From contig NC_043002.1 of assembly GCF_006345805.1 (NCBI RefSeq), positions 71,548,001 through 71,612,000 of the forward strand: 64,000 nt of DNA, in the 5' to 3' direction. The notes beneath the pieces are model-generated. The model was given only the letters and a program-made list of their open reading frames with translations. It had not been told where the DNA came from and did not search any database. Both the position numbers and the translations under genes were made by a program. The stretch is from Octopus sinensis. Taxonomy: Eukaryota. The stretch's first letter is position 1, and each line of letters opens with the position of its first letter. This document shows, piece by piece, positions 42,661-56,280 of this stretch.

Positions 42661-43215
42661 TGGATGACAGTCTGAGATACGAATAAGTGTTGAGTATCAA
42701 ACATTTCTATTTACAAGATATAAAAGAAATCAAAACATAATACAGCATTGATTGCTAGACTCCCGTACGGTAATAGACCAGTAACTACCTCTAGTATAAA
42801 CTATAGTTAAATTTTATATCACAACCAGTTCTCAAAAGCAGCTTTTGGAAGTCATTGTACAACGCCTGTGCTTACTGTTTTTCAATGTCTATTGTCATTT
42901 GATACTCATTACAAATATCATATAATTTATTAAATTGAAATACTTTAATGACTGATTGATTTAATTTATTTATTTTAAAATTTAATCCGTTTGCTCTACT
43001 TCTAATGATAGGTTTATTAATGTTAACATCGTACGACACACATTAAGATCTACAGCATATTGTGCTGTTGTTTTCTCATAAAACCGCATTACCGTTTCTC
43101 TTCAGATAATCTACAATATCGGTAGTAAAATAAGATACATGCATACAGACAGACAGATAGATAGATAGATACAAACTTGTATGCATATATGTATGTGTGT
43201 GTATGTATATATATA

Positions 43216-43309
<94 letters not shown>

Positions 43310-43475
43310 TAGTTATCGCCAAGCTAATATAGCAGTCCATAAATATAGGACGAAAGCTGCCGTTGATTAGCTCCAAGAGGCCATCGCCTCTACCTAGCTA
43401 TATGACACATGAACCTGTGTCCAGTATAACCTTCGAACAGGGGAGATCATCCGCTTTTCCTCGCTGGTCACGCCT

Positions 43476-43516
43476 CTGCAGACATGTTTCAGGGTATTTG
43501 CCTTTTATCAATGCAG
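43476..43516 (-). ncRNA. Degenerate minimal type I hammerhead motif
   Basis: Minus strand: CTGCA-TTGATAA-AAGGCAAATACCCT-GAAA-CATG-TC-TGCAG; stem I CTGCA/TGCAG, palindromic stem III, GTC triplet. Confidence 0.55.
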
Positions 43517-43582
43517 AATAGCCGAACACAGCAGGCGTCGCTACTGACCATCTGTTCGAAATATTATTTACCTGAACAATGA

Positions 43583-43824
43583 AGTTGGATGAAAATATAT
43601 TTTCCGATCTTTTCATCTGATTTCATTTTTGTAGCATAGTTACTCCGAAACATTTTAAAATTTCTAACGCATCTTTCCTCTTTCACACACACTCATGCAC
43701 ACTGATACACGCATACACGCCCACACGCGCACACACACACACACGCGCGCATACATACACTCTCTCTCTCATTCTTTATGTCCCTCTCTCTCTCATTTTT
43801 TGTGTCCCCCCTCTCTCTCTCTCA

Positions 43825-43856
<32 letters not shown>

Positions 43857-43960
43857 TTGCTATGTCTTTCACGTACCTACAGTCTAACGCAGTTGTGGTA
43901 GATCTTTATAATCTACACCTTTGCAGTTTTTAAACTTCTTTCTCTCTTCTTTCTCTTTAC
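43583..43960 (+). repeat. Dispersed direct repeat, copy 1 (copy 2 at 48101-48386)
   Basis: TTCCGATCTTTTCATCTGATTTCATTTTTGTAGCATAGTTACTCCGAAACATT is identical in both copies. Confidence 0.85.
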
Positions 43961-43993
43961 TACACACACACACACACACACCACACACACACA

Positions 43994-44072
<79 letters not shown>

Positions 44073-44226
44073 TATATATAATTTCAATCCAACGAAAAGA
44101 GTTCCTTTATAGGGATGGAAAAACATCCAATTTTCCATGTTTTTTTTTTCTGTAAATACCAAATAAGATACAGAACATCTTTTCACATCCCAAAAGAGTA
44201 TATGTTCAATATACAAAAGTTAAAAG

Positions 44227-44668
44227 AAAAGGGAGATTTACGATTGACATATTTTAAATATAATTTATTAACATAATATTACATTACAATGAATATATAA
44301 TATAATATGCATAGAAATGATTTTATAGAAAAAAATTCAAATGTATAAGAATGAATCGCTTCAGAGAAATATTAGACAAAATTAAATGGAAGGAGTGTTA
44401 AATTGAGGAATAGAGTCTATTCTTCGATTTAACAACCCTGCCATGTAATTTTGTCTAATTTTGTCTAAAATTTCTCTGAAGAGATTCATACTCATAAATA
44501 TAAATTTTTTAATAAATTCATTATCGTGTAGGAATCGAAACAATTTGCAGGATTAATATTTGTATTTTTATGCATATTGTATTATATTATATCATATTAT
44601 ATTCATTGTAATATAATATTATGTTAATAAATTATATTTAAAATATGTCAATCGTAAATCTCCCTTTT
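44227..44668. repeat. ~440-bp AT-rich imperfect palindrome (foldback)
   Basis: Outer arms AAAAGGGAGATTTACGATTGACAT... / ...ATGTCAATCGTAAATCTCCCTTTT; centre AATAGA-G-TCTATT at 44415. Confidence 0.88.
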
Positions 44669-44672
44669 TAAT

Positions 44673-44889
44673 AAAGGCAGCGAACTAGCAGAAACTTTAG
44701 CACGCCGGGCGAAACGCTTAGCGGTGTTTCGTCTGTCTTTACGTTCTGAGCTCAAATTCCGCCGATGTCGACTTTGCCTTTCCTCTTTTCGGTGTCGACA
44801 AACTAAGTACCATTTGCGCACTGGGGTCGATCTAATCGACTAGCCTCCAACCCCAAAATTTCGGGCCTTGTGCTTCGATTAGAAAAGAG
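44673..44889 (+). mobile_element. SINE family B
   Basis: Homology to family B. Confidence 0.82.
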
Positions 44890-44939
44890 TATAATATTAT
44901 GTTAATAAATCATATTTAAAATATGACAATCGTAATTTC

Positions 44940-44985
<46 letters not shown>

Positions 44986-45859
44986 CAGGGTGCGCTGAAT
45001 ATGCTGTAGTCTAAATTACGCAAAATGAAAATAACACTGACATCACATTTTAACAGGTATATTTACTAAATACAAATATCTTGAAATACTGAAGAGTAAA
45101 TTTATTCGATAAAATCGTCATTGGATTCAACCAGACGATTTCGAAATCTCCTGCAATTCCTTTGGGCGGTTCCCTTGTTGAAGTTGGTGAATGCTGCTAT
45201 AATACTTACTTTCAGTTCATCTTTGGTGTTGTTATAAAGAGTTTTGTGGTCTCTCGCTCAATTGCACCTCACACATAATAATAATGAAGCGGGTTTTGGT
45301 CTAGGCAGTTAGAATTAGAAGTCAGAATTAGAAGTGATGTCATCGCAGGAATTTTCTGACAGCCATGACTGGGTTCCCCTGCTTGTGTGGCATGGTGTAG
45401 AGTCCCGTTGCCAGTATAGGGTCTTCCAGCAGCCGCCTTCTTGGCCCAGGGCTGCACTGCCTCCTTCAGGCACGTGATGTAGGCCTTTGTAGTAAGTCTG
45501 AGGCTGTAGGGGATGATGAATAGAGGCATAACGTCGCCATCACCAGTGATCACTCCAAACATCATGATGTTGACTGGATGTTTGATTTTTATCACTCTCG
45601 GTACTTGTCCTCAGATTGCACTGTCATTAGATTGAAACCCAAACAGTCTGAAATGTTTGTGGTGGAGCTCCTGTCTTGAATGCGAAGCAGTACAGCATGT
45701 CGTTTCCAAAGTTCTGGCAGAGTGAATTGCGACATGTTTCTGTTTTCCTCAAGACAGTGGCCAACTGAGCTTACTATACTTTGTAGCAATCAAAAACAAA
45801 CAATGCGCATACTCGAAATTAAAAATATAAAATGGTGACAATTTACCCATCACAAACTG
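44986..45859 (-). mobile_element. Internally deleted Tc1/mariner-superfamily transposon (DD37D/maT-like)
   Basis: KHPVNIMMFGVITGDGDVMPLF...NPLHYYYV transposase remnant (45269-45595); ends TA|CAGGGTG and CTG|TA with degenerate TIRs. Confidence 0.8.
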
Positions 45860-45898
45860 TATAGTCTTTATTTTCTCTCCCTGTTTCTTTCCGTGTTC

Positions 45899-45934
45899 CT
45901 TTCTATAGAAAAGCGTAGGCTCGACACGTTAAAG
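45899..45934 (+). ncRNA. Degenerate minimal hammerhead motif next to (TA)n
   Basis: CTTT-CTATAGA-AAAGCGTAGGCTC-GACAC-GTT-AAAG; stem I CTTT/AAAG. Confidence 0.4.
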
Positions 45935-46036
45935 ACTTTTTCACTTCCCGAGTGTTAAACTAATACATCTGTTTGCTGTCTACACCTTCTATTTTCGTCT
46001 TTTGTTTTCTTGTGAATTCTCCCCATATATGTATAT

Positions 46037-46162
<126 letters not shown>

Positions 46163-46265
46163 GTGTGTGTGTGTGTGTATAGATATATATATATATATAT
46201 GTATATAGGGAAAATTCACATATTTATATACATATGCAGGTATATATATAGACACATATATATAT

Positions 46266-46325
<60 letters not shown>

Positions 46326-47147
46326 CATAGATATAAATATATATGTATACATGTATGTATGTCTAAAACGTGGCAAATTCAAACTATGTGATAAGGAAGA
46401 TTATCATATATGAATATATAAAAAAAGAGAAAAATATTTGGAGAAAAGATAAACGGGTTGCAGCTATGTTAAGGTTTAACTACGTAAAGATTTTAATATG
46501 TTAAGCATTTTTACTTTCTCTTGGAGTTCACTTGAAATTAGTTCTATAATAGTTAGAGTTTCTGAAATATTTATGTATTTATTATTTTACGTTAACATGA
46601 GTTATAGTACGATTTTATTTTATCTTGATAAGCTGTCTTTATGTTTAAAATCTGTTCTGCGATATATTTTTGGAAAAACGCTGCAGTAGGTTTTTGAAGT
46701 AATAAGCAAAAAGAACTAAGTTAGTTAAAAACTAGAATTATTGATTTATTCTATTGACAGAAGACCAGAGGTTTGAAGAAAAATTTTATAAAATTCAAGT
46801 GATTTTTTTTTGTGTGTGCTTAGGATAAAACTCTTTATTTTTGTCGATTAATCTATTGACTTCTATTGCGGTGAGTCAGCGGATTTTGTAGTGCCACGAA
46901 CAGAATGCGGTAGTCTATTTAGATGAGTACCTTTACATAGTGAAATCAAGTCCCATCGCGGTGGTCTTCATCTTTCATTTTATCGCTTCTCGAATCGAAG
47001 CAACCGACTTCTCTAAGCCCAAGATGTGTGGCTCTGAACAATATAAAAAACAACTACATTAGTCACTTCATTTTCAGGTGTGTGAGAAGCAGGAAACGGA
47101 AGATCAGTAGACAAAACATGTTATAATTTACACTATTGGATGTTATT

Positions 47148-47660
47148 GTGGAGGCGCGTGGCTTAGTGGTTAGGGTGTCAGCATCATGATCGTAGGATTG
47201 TGGTTTCAATTCCTGGACCGGGCGACGCGTTGTGTTCTTGAGCAAAAGACTTCATTTCACGTTGCTCCAGTCCACTCAGCTGGCAAAAGGAGTAACGCTG
47301 CGATGGACTGGCATCCCGTCCAGCTGGGAAACACATACGCCATTGAAACCGGGAAACCGGGCCCATGAGCCTGGCTAGGTTTAAATGGGCGCATTTATTT
47401 GTGGAGGCGCGTAGCTTAGTGGTTAGGGTGTTAGCATCATGATCGTAAGATTGTAGTTTCGATTCCTGGACCACGCGATGCGTTGTGTTCTTGAGCAAAA
47501 CACTTCATTTCACCTTGCTCCAGTCCACTCAGCTGGCAAAAATGAGTAACGCTGCAATGGACTGGCGTCCCGTCCACCTGGTGAAAACATGCGCTATAGA
47601 AACCGGAAAACTCGGCCCATGAGCCTGGCTAGTTTTTAAAAGGGGGTTTTTTTTTTGTAT
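47148..47660 (+). mobile_element. Tandem dimer of tRNA-derived SINE family C inside one TSD
   Basis: Units start at 47148 and 47401 (TGGCTTAGTGG A box); TSD TATTGGATG(T/C)TATT at 47134-47147 and 47661-47674. Confidence 0.88.
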
Positions 47661-48100
47661 TATTGGATGCTATTAATATTTTCTGGCTCTGTGTTTTATT
47701 CCCTTGTGGACAACTTCTTTATTTCGTCAGATTATGTACTAGAAACGATTCAATCCTCTGAAAGCCTCCTCTTTCACAAACTACAGTTGTGGATCAAAGA
47801 ATGATTTCAATGTATTCATCTCCGCTAATAACAATGAGTAAGACATATATAGCTGGTTCAATCAACCGATTGAGTAATAATTATTTTATAGATACCGAGA
47901 GAAGTAGATTTAATCTGAAGCAAATGAGTACCTTTAGCGGAAACCAGATGGTTACATGCATTCGGTTTGGGTCATATTTCTAAGAGCATCGTGTCCCAAC
48001 AAGTCATCGCTGCCTCGAATGCACCCACAAGCTTTACCTTTCGTAGTCGGACTAAGCTTTAAAAAGCATATTATACTCAGGGTGTTGCATTGTAAAATGT

Positions 48101-48386
48101 AGTTGGATGAAAATAAAAATTCCGATCTTTTCATCTGATTTCATTTTTGTAGCATAGTTACTCCGAAACATTCTAAAAGTTCTGACGCATTACCTATCTT
48201 TCTGTCCAAATATCTCTTTCCTCTTCCACACGCGCGCGTGCATGCACACGCACTCTCTCTCATTCTTTCTCTCGCTCTCTCTATTTCTTATGTCTCTCGT
48301 ACCTACAGTCTAACGCAGTTATGGTAGATCTTTATAATGTACACCTTTGCAATATATAAACTTCTTTCTCTTTTCTTACTCTTTAC
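48101..48386 (+). repeat. Dispersed direct repeat, copy 2
   Basis: See 43583-43960. Confidence 0.85.
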
Positions 48387-49138
48387 TCGTAACTCAACAT
48401 GTTCTAAATTATCTCGAAGAATGTTCCATAATTTAATCTTTGACAAATTGCTTAAGGAAACATGAGCCCATTATTACTGAGAAGGCTCACCCCCTCAGTG
48501 CACTTTCTCTGACAAACAGTGAGAGAGAGAAGTGAAGGATGAGAGAGGTTAAGTAAAGAAAAAAAATGCAAACCATAGATAAATCAGAATCATGACAAGC
48601 TGCCAGGAACCATTCAAATAAGTACCTGAATGATGGTCGCGTTTTCCGGTAACTAAGTGGAAAACTGCTGCTAAGTTGCTTTGTAAGGAGGTGAAAATCG
48701 TTTCCGTTTTTATATTTTGATAAACTGCGAGACTAGAAACTGAATCAATGGAAATGCGTTGATTAACTCAAGAGAACTAATCCCTTCACTTCAAATAAAA
48801 TCTACAAATGCTTGTAGATAATAAAGCGTTTGCCAGGCAAACATCGAGAGTTCATTTAACCAGTGAGAGCTGGAAAAAGTACTATAGGGCATGCATTAGC
48901 TAAATTTAGTCCGTTAGGAAGCTCCTGTCAACAATTTGTATAGAGATGGTCTTTCAATGAAAGCAATGACCCTACCCGCAACAAGTGTGAAGTGATAATG
49001 CGAGCGTAAGGCGGGTTAGATGCGGCTTACCAAAAGAAGGCTTTTTTTAAACATAGTTGACAACCTTTGATATTCCATTTAAAAAAAAACACCCGTGTTA
49101 GTGGAACCTTAAAGCGATTATGATTATATGTTTGTATG

Positions 49139-49369
49139 CTCTTTTACTCTTTACTCTTTTACTCTTTTACTTGTTTCAGTCACTTGACTGCGGCCATGCT
49201 GGAGCACCGACTTTAGTCGAGCAAATCGACCCCGGGACTTATTCTTTGTAAACCCTGTACTTATTCTATCGGTCTCTTTTACCGAACCACTAAGTGACGG
49301 GGACGTAAACACCAGCATCGGTTGTCAAGCAATGCTAGGGGGACAAACACAGACACACAAACACATACT

Positions 49370-49421
<52 letters not shown>

Positions 49422-49833
49422 TCAATAAATGGTGGGGTTGTGTTGACCGCACGTGGAGAAATGATAAGCAAGGAAAAATTGTAAAAATGCAGAATGCTAG
49501 ATTGAAAGAAATTTTTATGAAATGAGAAATTGAAAAAATATATAAATATATATTTATTCAAACCGGTTTTCGTCATAGTGTGACTTATCAAGTATAGTTA
49601 TGTAACAAAATCTAGCATTCTGCATTTTTACAATTTTTCCTTGCTATATATATATATATATACATATATACGACGGGCTTCTTTCAGTTTCCGTCTACTA
49701 AATCCACTCACAAGGCAATGGTCAGCCCAGGGCTATAGCATAAGACACTTACCCAAGATGCCACGCACTGGGACTGAACCCGGAACCATGTGGTTGGTTA
49801 GCAAGCTACTTACCACACAGCCACTCCTGCGTC
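49139..49833 (-). mobile_element. SINE family A interrupted in its TA tract by a foldback insertion
   Basis: SINE halves at 49139-49419 and 49646-49833. Confidence 0.85.
49420..49645 (-). mobile_element. PLE-like foldback insertion with perfect 37-bp inverted repeats and a degenerate hammerhead
   Basis: IRs 49467-49503 and 49609-49645; minus strand TTGATAA-GTCA-CACTA-TGAC-GAAAA-CCGG-TT followed by AATAAA. Confidence 0.6.
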
Positions 49834-50822
49834 TGTGAAACTTATATTTACATAACAACGACTATGTAAATGAAAGCGGAGTTTTGATGAAAGATTTTCG
49901 CCCAATAAGGTTTCTGTGGTAGTGCAGAGCACATCGATTCGTAGTTTTATTACTGTTGTGCTGAAAGTGGAGTGGAAATAGCAAATAAATAAAATGGCAA
50001 TTGAATGCTTAGTAAGAAGTAAACGAAGTAAGAGAAAACTCCGCAAAAGTTGGCAATGTTTGATCTCTCTAAACTAAGCAACAGCCCAGCATGTATTATA
50101 TATCAGAACAGAAAATACTTGTGTTTAGAAATTAAAAGGAAAAAAAGAAAGAAACCAAAAGGAAAGGAAAAGAACCATTGAAAATTACAAGAAACAAATG
50201 ATCGCAGTCAGATGGATGACGTTAATTCTTCAGAGAATCAGAAGAATACAACTGATGTGGTTAAGTGGGAAAATATAATTCATTATATTCATTTAGTATT
50301 AGAATTTTCTTTCGTTTTCTTTTCTGTCTACACATTGTCTTTAAGAATTAAAAATAAGCTTTAAATTTTTTCATCGGGTCGTCTGTATTGTTCCTCATTA
50401 TCTGTTGGTCAGTGAACGAGGAGTTTATGTTTAAAATATAGTTTTTTTCTTTTTTTTTTGTGTGTGTGTGTGTGTGCATGTATGTACGTGTGTGTGTGCA
50501 TGCATGTACGTTTGCATGTGTATATACATGACAGTAAAAGAAAGAAATAAAAGCAGAATCCCCGCGGTTTCTTGAGATATTCCAAGCGAAATGGCACTAA
50601 TTTTAATTTTTTTCTTGATATTATTTTAAAAGTATTCCATTAACAGAAGCACAAATAATCTTGATGGTGATGATGATGGGGACAATGAACAAGAATGTGG
50701 ATGATTACTTACTAAGTAACAATACGTTATTCATATAATGTTATATATGGAATTTTTATGCATCACCGAAACTGAAAAACTGTACGGTACTCAGTGTTAT
50801 ACAAGTGCCATTCATGATATTG

Positions 50823-51244
50823 TTTCTTATTTCTTTATTGTCCACAAGAGGCTAAACATAGAGGGAACAAACAAGGGCAGACAAGAAGATTAAGTCGATT
50901 ACATCGACCCCAATGCGTAACTGGTACTTAATTTATTGACTCCGAAAGAATGAAAGGCGAAGTCGAACTCGGCGGAATTTGAACTTAGAACGTAACGGCA
51001 GACGAAATACCTATTTCTTTACTACCCACAAGGGGCTAAACACAGAGGGGACAAACAAGGACAGACAAACGGATTAAGTCGATTACATCGTCCCCAGTGC
51101 GTAACTGGTACTTATTTAATCGACCCCGAAAGGATGAACGGCAAAGTCGACCTCGGCAGAATTTGAACTCAGAACGTAGCGGCAGACGAAATACGGGTAC
51201 GCATTTCGACCGGCGTGCTAACGTTTCTGCCAGCTCGCCGCCTT
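50823..51244 (-). mobile_element. SINE family B dimer
   Basis: Junction GACGAAATAC|CTATTTCTTT at ~51010. Confidence 0.85.
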
Positions 51245-52125
51245 CTACGAGTTTGTTTCTGAAATATTTTAATCTTCAGTGAGAGTAGTAAGAGTAAAAT
51301 ATATCAAGAAGAAATAATTTTCATAGAATAGGAGAAAGGACTCTGAAATTCGAGTTTTCATCTTAACTAGAGACTGAAACGATTCTGGAAAGTCGTCATT
51401 TTCATTACGTTTGTGTTTTTAAATTTAGTATAAGATGAAATTGCCATTATGAAAACTCATTAAATCCATAGTTATGATAGGTGTGGATATTTTCGTTTGT
51501 TTATGTTCTGCTTTTTTCTGTCATTTTTATTCTATTAAATGAATAGTATAATGACAGTAAAATTATATAAGTTAAACGAATTTTCAACCAAAAAGTCTAT
51601 TAATTTTCATTTCAACTCTTTTTCGATTCATTTCATCTATGTTATTGAATTTAATCTTTAAAAGCCGTTGGTGTCTGATGAAGACGGTATGTCTAAGTAA
51701 ATGATAAATGAGTTATATTTGTGTTTCTTGGAAGAAAAAAAACTATCTAAAATTACAAGTAATTTTTAATTCGCCTGAGATGTCTCTTTGCTCAATGGTA
51801 ATACTCAACGTTTGATATATATATATATATATATATATACATAATATATATAGAAATATATATATATGTGTGAGTGTGTGTGTGTGTGTGTATGTGTGTT
51901 CTTTTTGGGTTGTAGCTCTTCTTGAAAGTTTGTCGCGTTGTAGTTAAGTGTTGATTAAATATAGGCATAATCCTTCCTTACTTTTTAAAACAAAATCTTC
52001 GATGTGTGATCATCATTTATTGAAATGCTTAATCCGTGCATAATAAAAGTTATTTAAGTAAATTATATTAAATATCTTGAAATGCACAAAAATTCTTCTT
52101 TTTGTTTGCTTGTGTAGTCATTTCT

Positions 52126-52797
52126 TATTTCTTTACTACCCACAAGGGGCTAAACATAGAGAAGATAAATAAGGACAGACAAACGGATTAAGTCGATTAC
52201 ATTGACCTCAGTGCATAACTGGTGCTTGATTACATCGACCCCAGTGCATAACTGGTGCTTATTTAATCGACCCCGAAAGGATGAAAGGCAAAGTCGACCT
52301 CGGCGGAATTTGAACTCAGAACGTAACGGCAGACGAAATACCTATTTCTTTACTACCCACAAGGGGCTAAACACAGAGAGGACAAACAAGAGCAGACAAA
52401 CGGATTAAATCGATTATATCGACCCCAGTGCGTAACTGGTGCTTATTTAATCGACCCCGAAAGGATGAAAGGCAAAGTCGACCTCGGCGGAATTTGAACT
52501 CAGAACGTAACGGCAGACGAAATACCTATTTCTTTACTACCCACAAGGGGCTAAACACAGAGGGGACAAACAAGGACAGACACACGGATTAAGTCGATTA
52601 CATAGTCCCCAGTGCATAACTGGTGCTTATTTAATCGACCCCGAAAGGATGAAAGGCAAAGCCGTCTTCGGCAGAATTTGAACTCAGAATTTGTAGGCAA
52701 AGTCGACCTCGACGGAATTTGAACTCAGAACGTAACGGTAGACGAAATACGGCTACGCATGTTGCCCGGCGTGCTAGCGTTTCTGCCAGCTCGCCAC
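52126..52797 (-). mobile_element. SINE family B multimer (three ~184-bp units plus short internal duplications) in one TSD
   Basis: Junctions at ~52341 and ~52525; TSD CTTGTGT(A/C)GTCATTTCT at 52109-52125 and 52798-52814. Confidence 0.88.
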
Positions 52798-52832
52798 CTT
52801 GTGTCGTCATTTCTATTAATTTCTCGTAATAC

Positions 52833-53150
52833 TGTTTTCAAATTTTGTCACAAGCCTAGTAATTTAGGGGAAGGGATAAGTCAATTACATCGCCACCGCC
52901 TCAGCCTCAGCACTCAACTTGTACTTGTTTTATCGACGGCGAAAGGATGAAAGGCAAAGTCGACTTCGGCGGAATTTGAGCTCAAAGCATCAACACAGAC
53001 GAACTTCTGAGCTCAAATTCTACCGAGGTTTATTTTGCTTTTTTCGTAATTTATGGCTCAATAGAATAGTTACCAGTCGAGCACTGGAGTCCAGATGATC
53101 GACGTATGTCCTCCCTCGAAATAACTAGCCTTGAGTCAAAATTTGAAACT
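52833..53150. mobile_element. Two partial SINE B copies in opposite orientation
   Basis: 52833-53000 minus, 53005-53150 plus. Confidence 0.65.
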
Positions 53151-53618
53151 GATATTATTGAACATATTTAGCTGGCACAGCTCATTTAAATATACTGATG
53201 CTGTTCATGATAGATCAAATTATTTTGAAAGTTCTTAATATTCTTCTCCTTCATATGTCATTTGTTAGCATGCAACAGTCCTTGAAATAGAATACTCTGA
53301 CAATCAGTTTTGTATAGTCAGTATAGATTTTGTTGTATTCTGAGAAGCTCATCATGCCAGTATAGAAATTTTATTAAAGCGTTTTGAATAGACATATAGA
53401 TAAGCATTTGATGTATGTGGAAGATAGAGCGTAACACTAAATTCGTTCTACAATTTTGCTACAATATGTCACCTGGTTTTAGAGTGAACTATTCTTATCC
53501 GCTGAATGCCAGCTGTCTACTTGCAAACATCAGAGAACACCAATGACACATGAAACATTTTATCGTGCTCTTCATTAGCAAAATATTTCAAATTCAGAAT
53601 CTATTAGAATGAAGTATG

Positions 53619-53932
53619 TTTGTTTATTTGTTTGTTCATTCTCGAGCCATGCCTGGTTCATAAGGGCCGGTTTCCCGGTTTCCTTGGCGTATAGGTTCTC
53701 CACCTGAACGGGATGTCGGTCCTTCACAAGTGAACTGCAAGGTGCAGGCGGAAAGAGTGAGAGAATGTTGTGTCGAAAGAGTCAGCAGAAGTTCGCCATT
53801 ACCTTCGGCTGGAGACGCGTGGAGCCTAGGTGTTTTTGCTCATAAACACACACATCGCCCGGTCTGAGATTCGAACCCGCGATCCCTCGACTTCGAGTCC
53901 ACTGCTCTAACCACTAAGCCATGTGCCTCCAC
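53619..53932 (-). mobile_element. tRNA-derived SINE family D (3' tail shared with family C)
   Basis: Minus strand TGGCTTAGTGG...GGGTTCGAATCTC; TSD AGAATGAA(G/A)TATG at 53606-53618 and 53933-53945. Confidence 0.85.
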
Positions 53933-54086
53933 AGAATGAAATATGCCTCATACACAACATCCAAGAAAATACTTGCCGAACTTCGACTCAGTCTGGTTTC
54001 ATTTACCACTTCTTAATAATATATAACCCATGCATAATATAAATCTCCAGGTCTCAAATATTTCATGCATTAACTATTGCCACTTT

Positions 54087-54290
54087 TAAAGCCAACGAGC
54101 TGGCAGAATCGTTTGCTCACCGGACAATTGTTTACCAGTATTACTTCCAGTTTTACATTCTGAGTTCAAATGCCACTGCAGTCGACTTTGTCTTTGGGAG
54201 TAAATAAAATAAGAACAAGTTAATCAGTGGTGTCAATGGAATTGAAGGACATTCTCCTCAAAATTTCTAACCTTGTGTCAACTATAGAAT
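54087..54290 (+). mobile_element. SINE family B (old)
   Basis: GAGCTGGCAGAATCGTT...TTCTGAGTTCAAAT. Confidence 0.7.
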
Positions 54291-56230
54291 TATCTCTTGT
54301 GGCTCATATGTGCATATGCATAATACACAACAGGCAACTAAAAGTCATTGAAATCATTCTCTTGGACACTTCCTAACCACCAGAATATTCTGTCATTCAT
54401 GGTAACCCAAAAAGTTAAACAATGTCTTTGTCCACTGCACATGAAATGCGTCACCCACCTCTAAAATTTCTGCTCTCTTTTCAAAACGACCCCTGCAAAC
54501 TTTTCATTTTCAAAACATTCTAATGAAAACAGTTTCAAAACATCTGTCTTGCTGAGAAAGCTGTCTCATTCGCACATCTTGCTTCTATGTTCATAATACT
54601 TGTGCTCAACCATATCTCCCTCCGAACAATTCTTCCTGCATTCAACTGTTTTCATCCACACGTATACTTACATGACACATCTGGATATATTAATAATCGC
54701 GTCTAACGAACGTGGCCATCAACTTTGAAAATATTATATCTATTAATCTCAACTGTTAATATGTTGCCCTTTTACTCTATACCCTTTGCCAAACAACTCG
54801 TATTTTTCTCCGTTTTAATTTTTCTCCTTTTATTTTTCTCTCTCTGCCTTTTCCAGAAATGTATCCGATTATTTGGAAACATTCCCCACTTTGTCCGCTC
54901 CGAAAGCAACTTCCAAACTAGAAAAGCATCGACCTCTCTTACTCGCAATATCTGAATATATTGGAAATAATAGTAACCTAACTAAACCCTTACAGAAACT
55001 TCGATAATAGGATTACTACAACAGTTACTGTTGCCCATTCTTTTGAAGGCAGATCTATTCTAAATTCCATGACCTTCTCTTTATATCAGAAAGTTACTGA
55101 TTTAAGAAGCGATCATTTATTTAGTGGTATATTTATGCTTTGTGAGACAACCCCACGAAGAACAAGCTGAGAATACCGACGAATGTGAATTGGTGTAGGT
55201 TTCAATAAGCATCTTGTTTTTGTTAGTTGATCTATTATTTATCGTGGGGAGATCCAATATTTGGGAAACATCTAATAAATTAGCTAACTCACAAGACAGC
55301 ATTCAGTATGGGGTTTTGAAATTGTGACTGGTTATGTCCAAAAAAAAATACATTGATATCTTATGACAGATTATTAAAAAAAAGAAACTGCATAGATCAT
55401 AATAGAAATATTCCAATAGTATATAAAAAAACAAGATCGGCAAGAAAAAGAGTAAATCGTAGATAAGATTCATACGCTTGCTTACTGTGTAGCTATAAAA
55501 AAGAACTATTGTGGACGTCTAACTAGTTTCAGTAAAATAAATATCTAAATGCTTGTTCGTCAGACCAATATAAATATACATTTTATTATATTTTCAAATT
55601 AAATTATATCAAATTATATGATATAAACTAGATTGAGATAAAATGAAATATAGCATAACTTATATAAAATGACTATATGCTTATACGTACATACAAATAT
55701 CTATATGTATGTATATATTTTTGCATGTACACACACTCACACACATGCATATATATGTATGTATAGAGACGAAAATATCGATATATCTTCCGTTTTAAGG
55801 AGAAATTTATTGATTTATTTTTTTTAGTAGTTTGTTATTTTTTCAGTCTGTTGCTTCCATGAAACATATGCTTTGATAAAATAGAATTATTCATTCCTTT
55901 ATAGTTCAAATAATGTTTACTGTTTGCAAAAAACGGTATGTTTTATTTGGAAGAGGAAATATTATATCGAAGGACTGTCTCGTGAAGCTTCTTATTGCTA
56001 ATAATAAAATAATGACACATGCTCTTGTATCTATATTTCCTTCGTATCTGTCTATCTATAGAAATGTGAGAGGGAGTGACTTCTCATCTATGCATGTGTA
56101 AATACATATACTTAAAATATGTATGAATGTTTGAATGCCAACATAATCACACGCATATACATACAGACTAGATCACATGCACACACACACATATATGAAT
56201 GTGTGTATATATATACGTGTGTGCGTGTGA

Positions 56231-56280
<50 letters not shown>

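Noticed and set aside
46982-46992. ATCGCTTCTCG, matching the U2 snRNA 5' end
   Set aside because: The match stops after 11 nt; likely chance
52126-52797. CRISPR-like array
   Set aside because: Units are ~184-bp SINE copies with no unique spacers, in eukaryotic context with no cas genes
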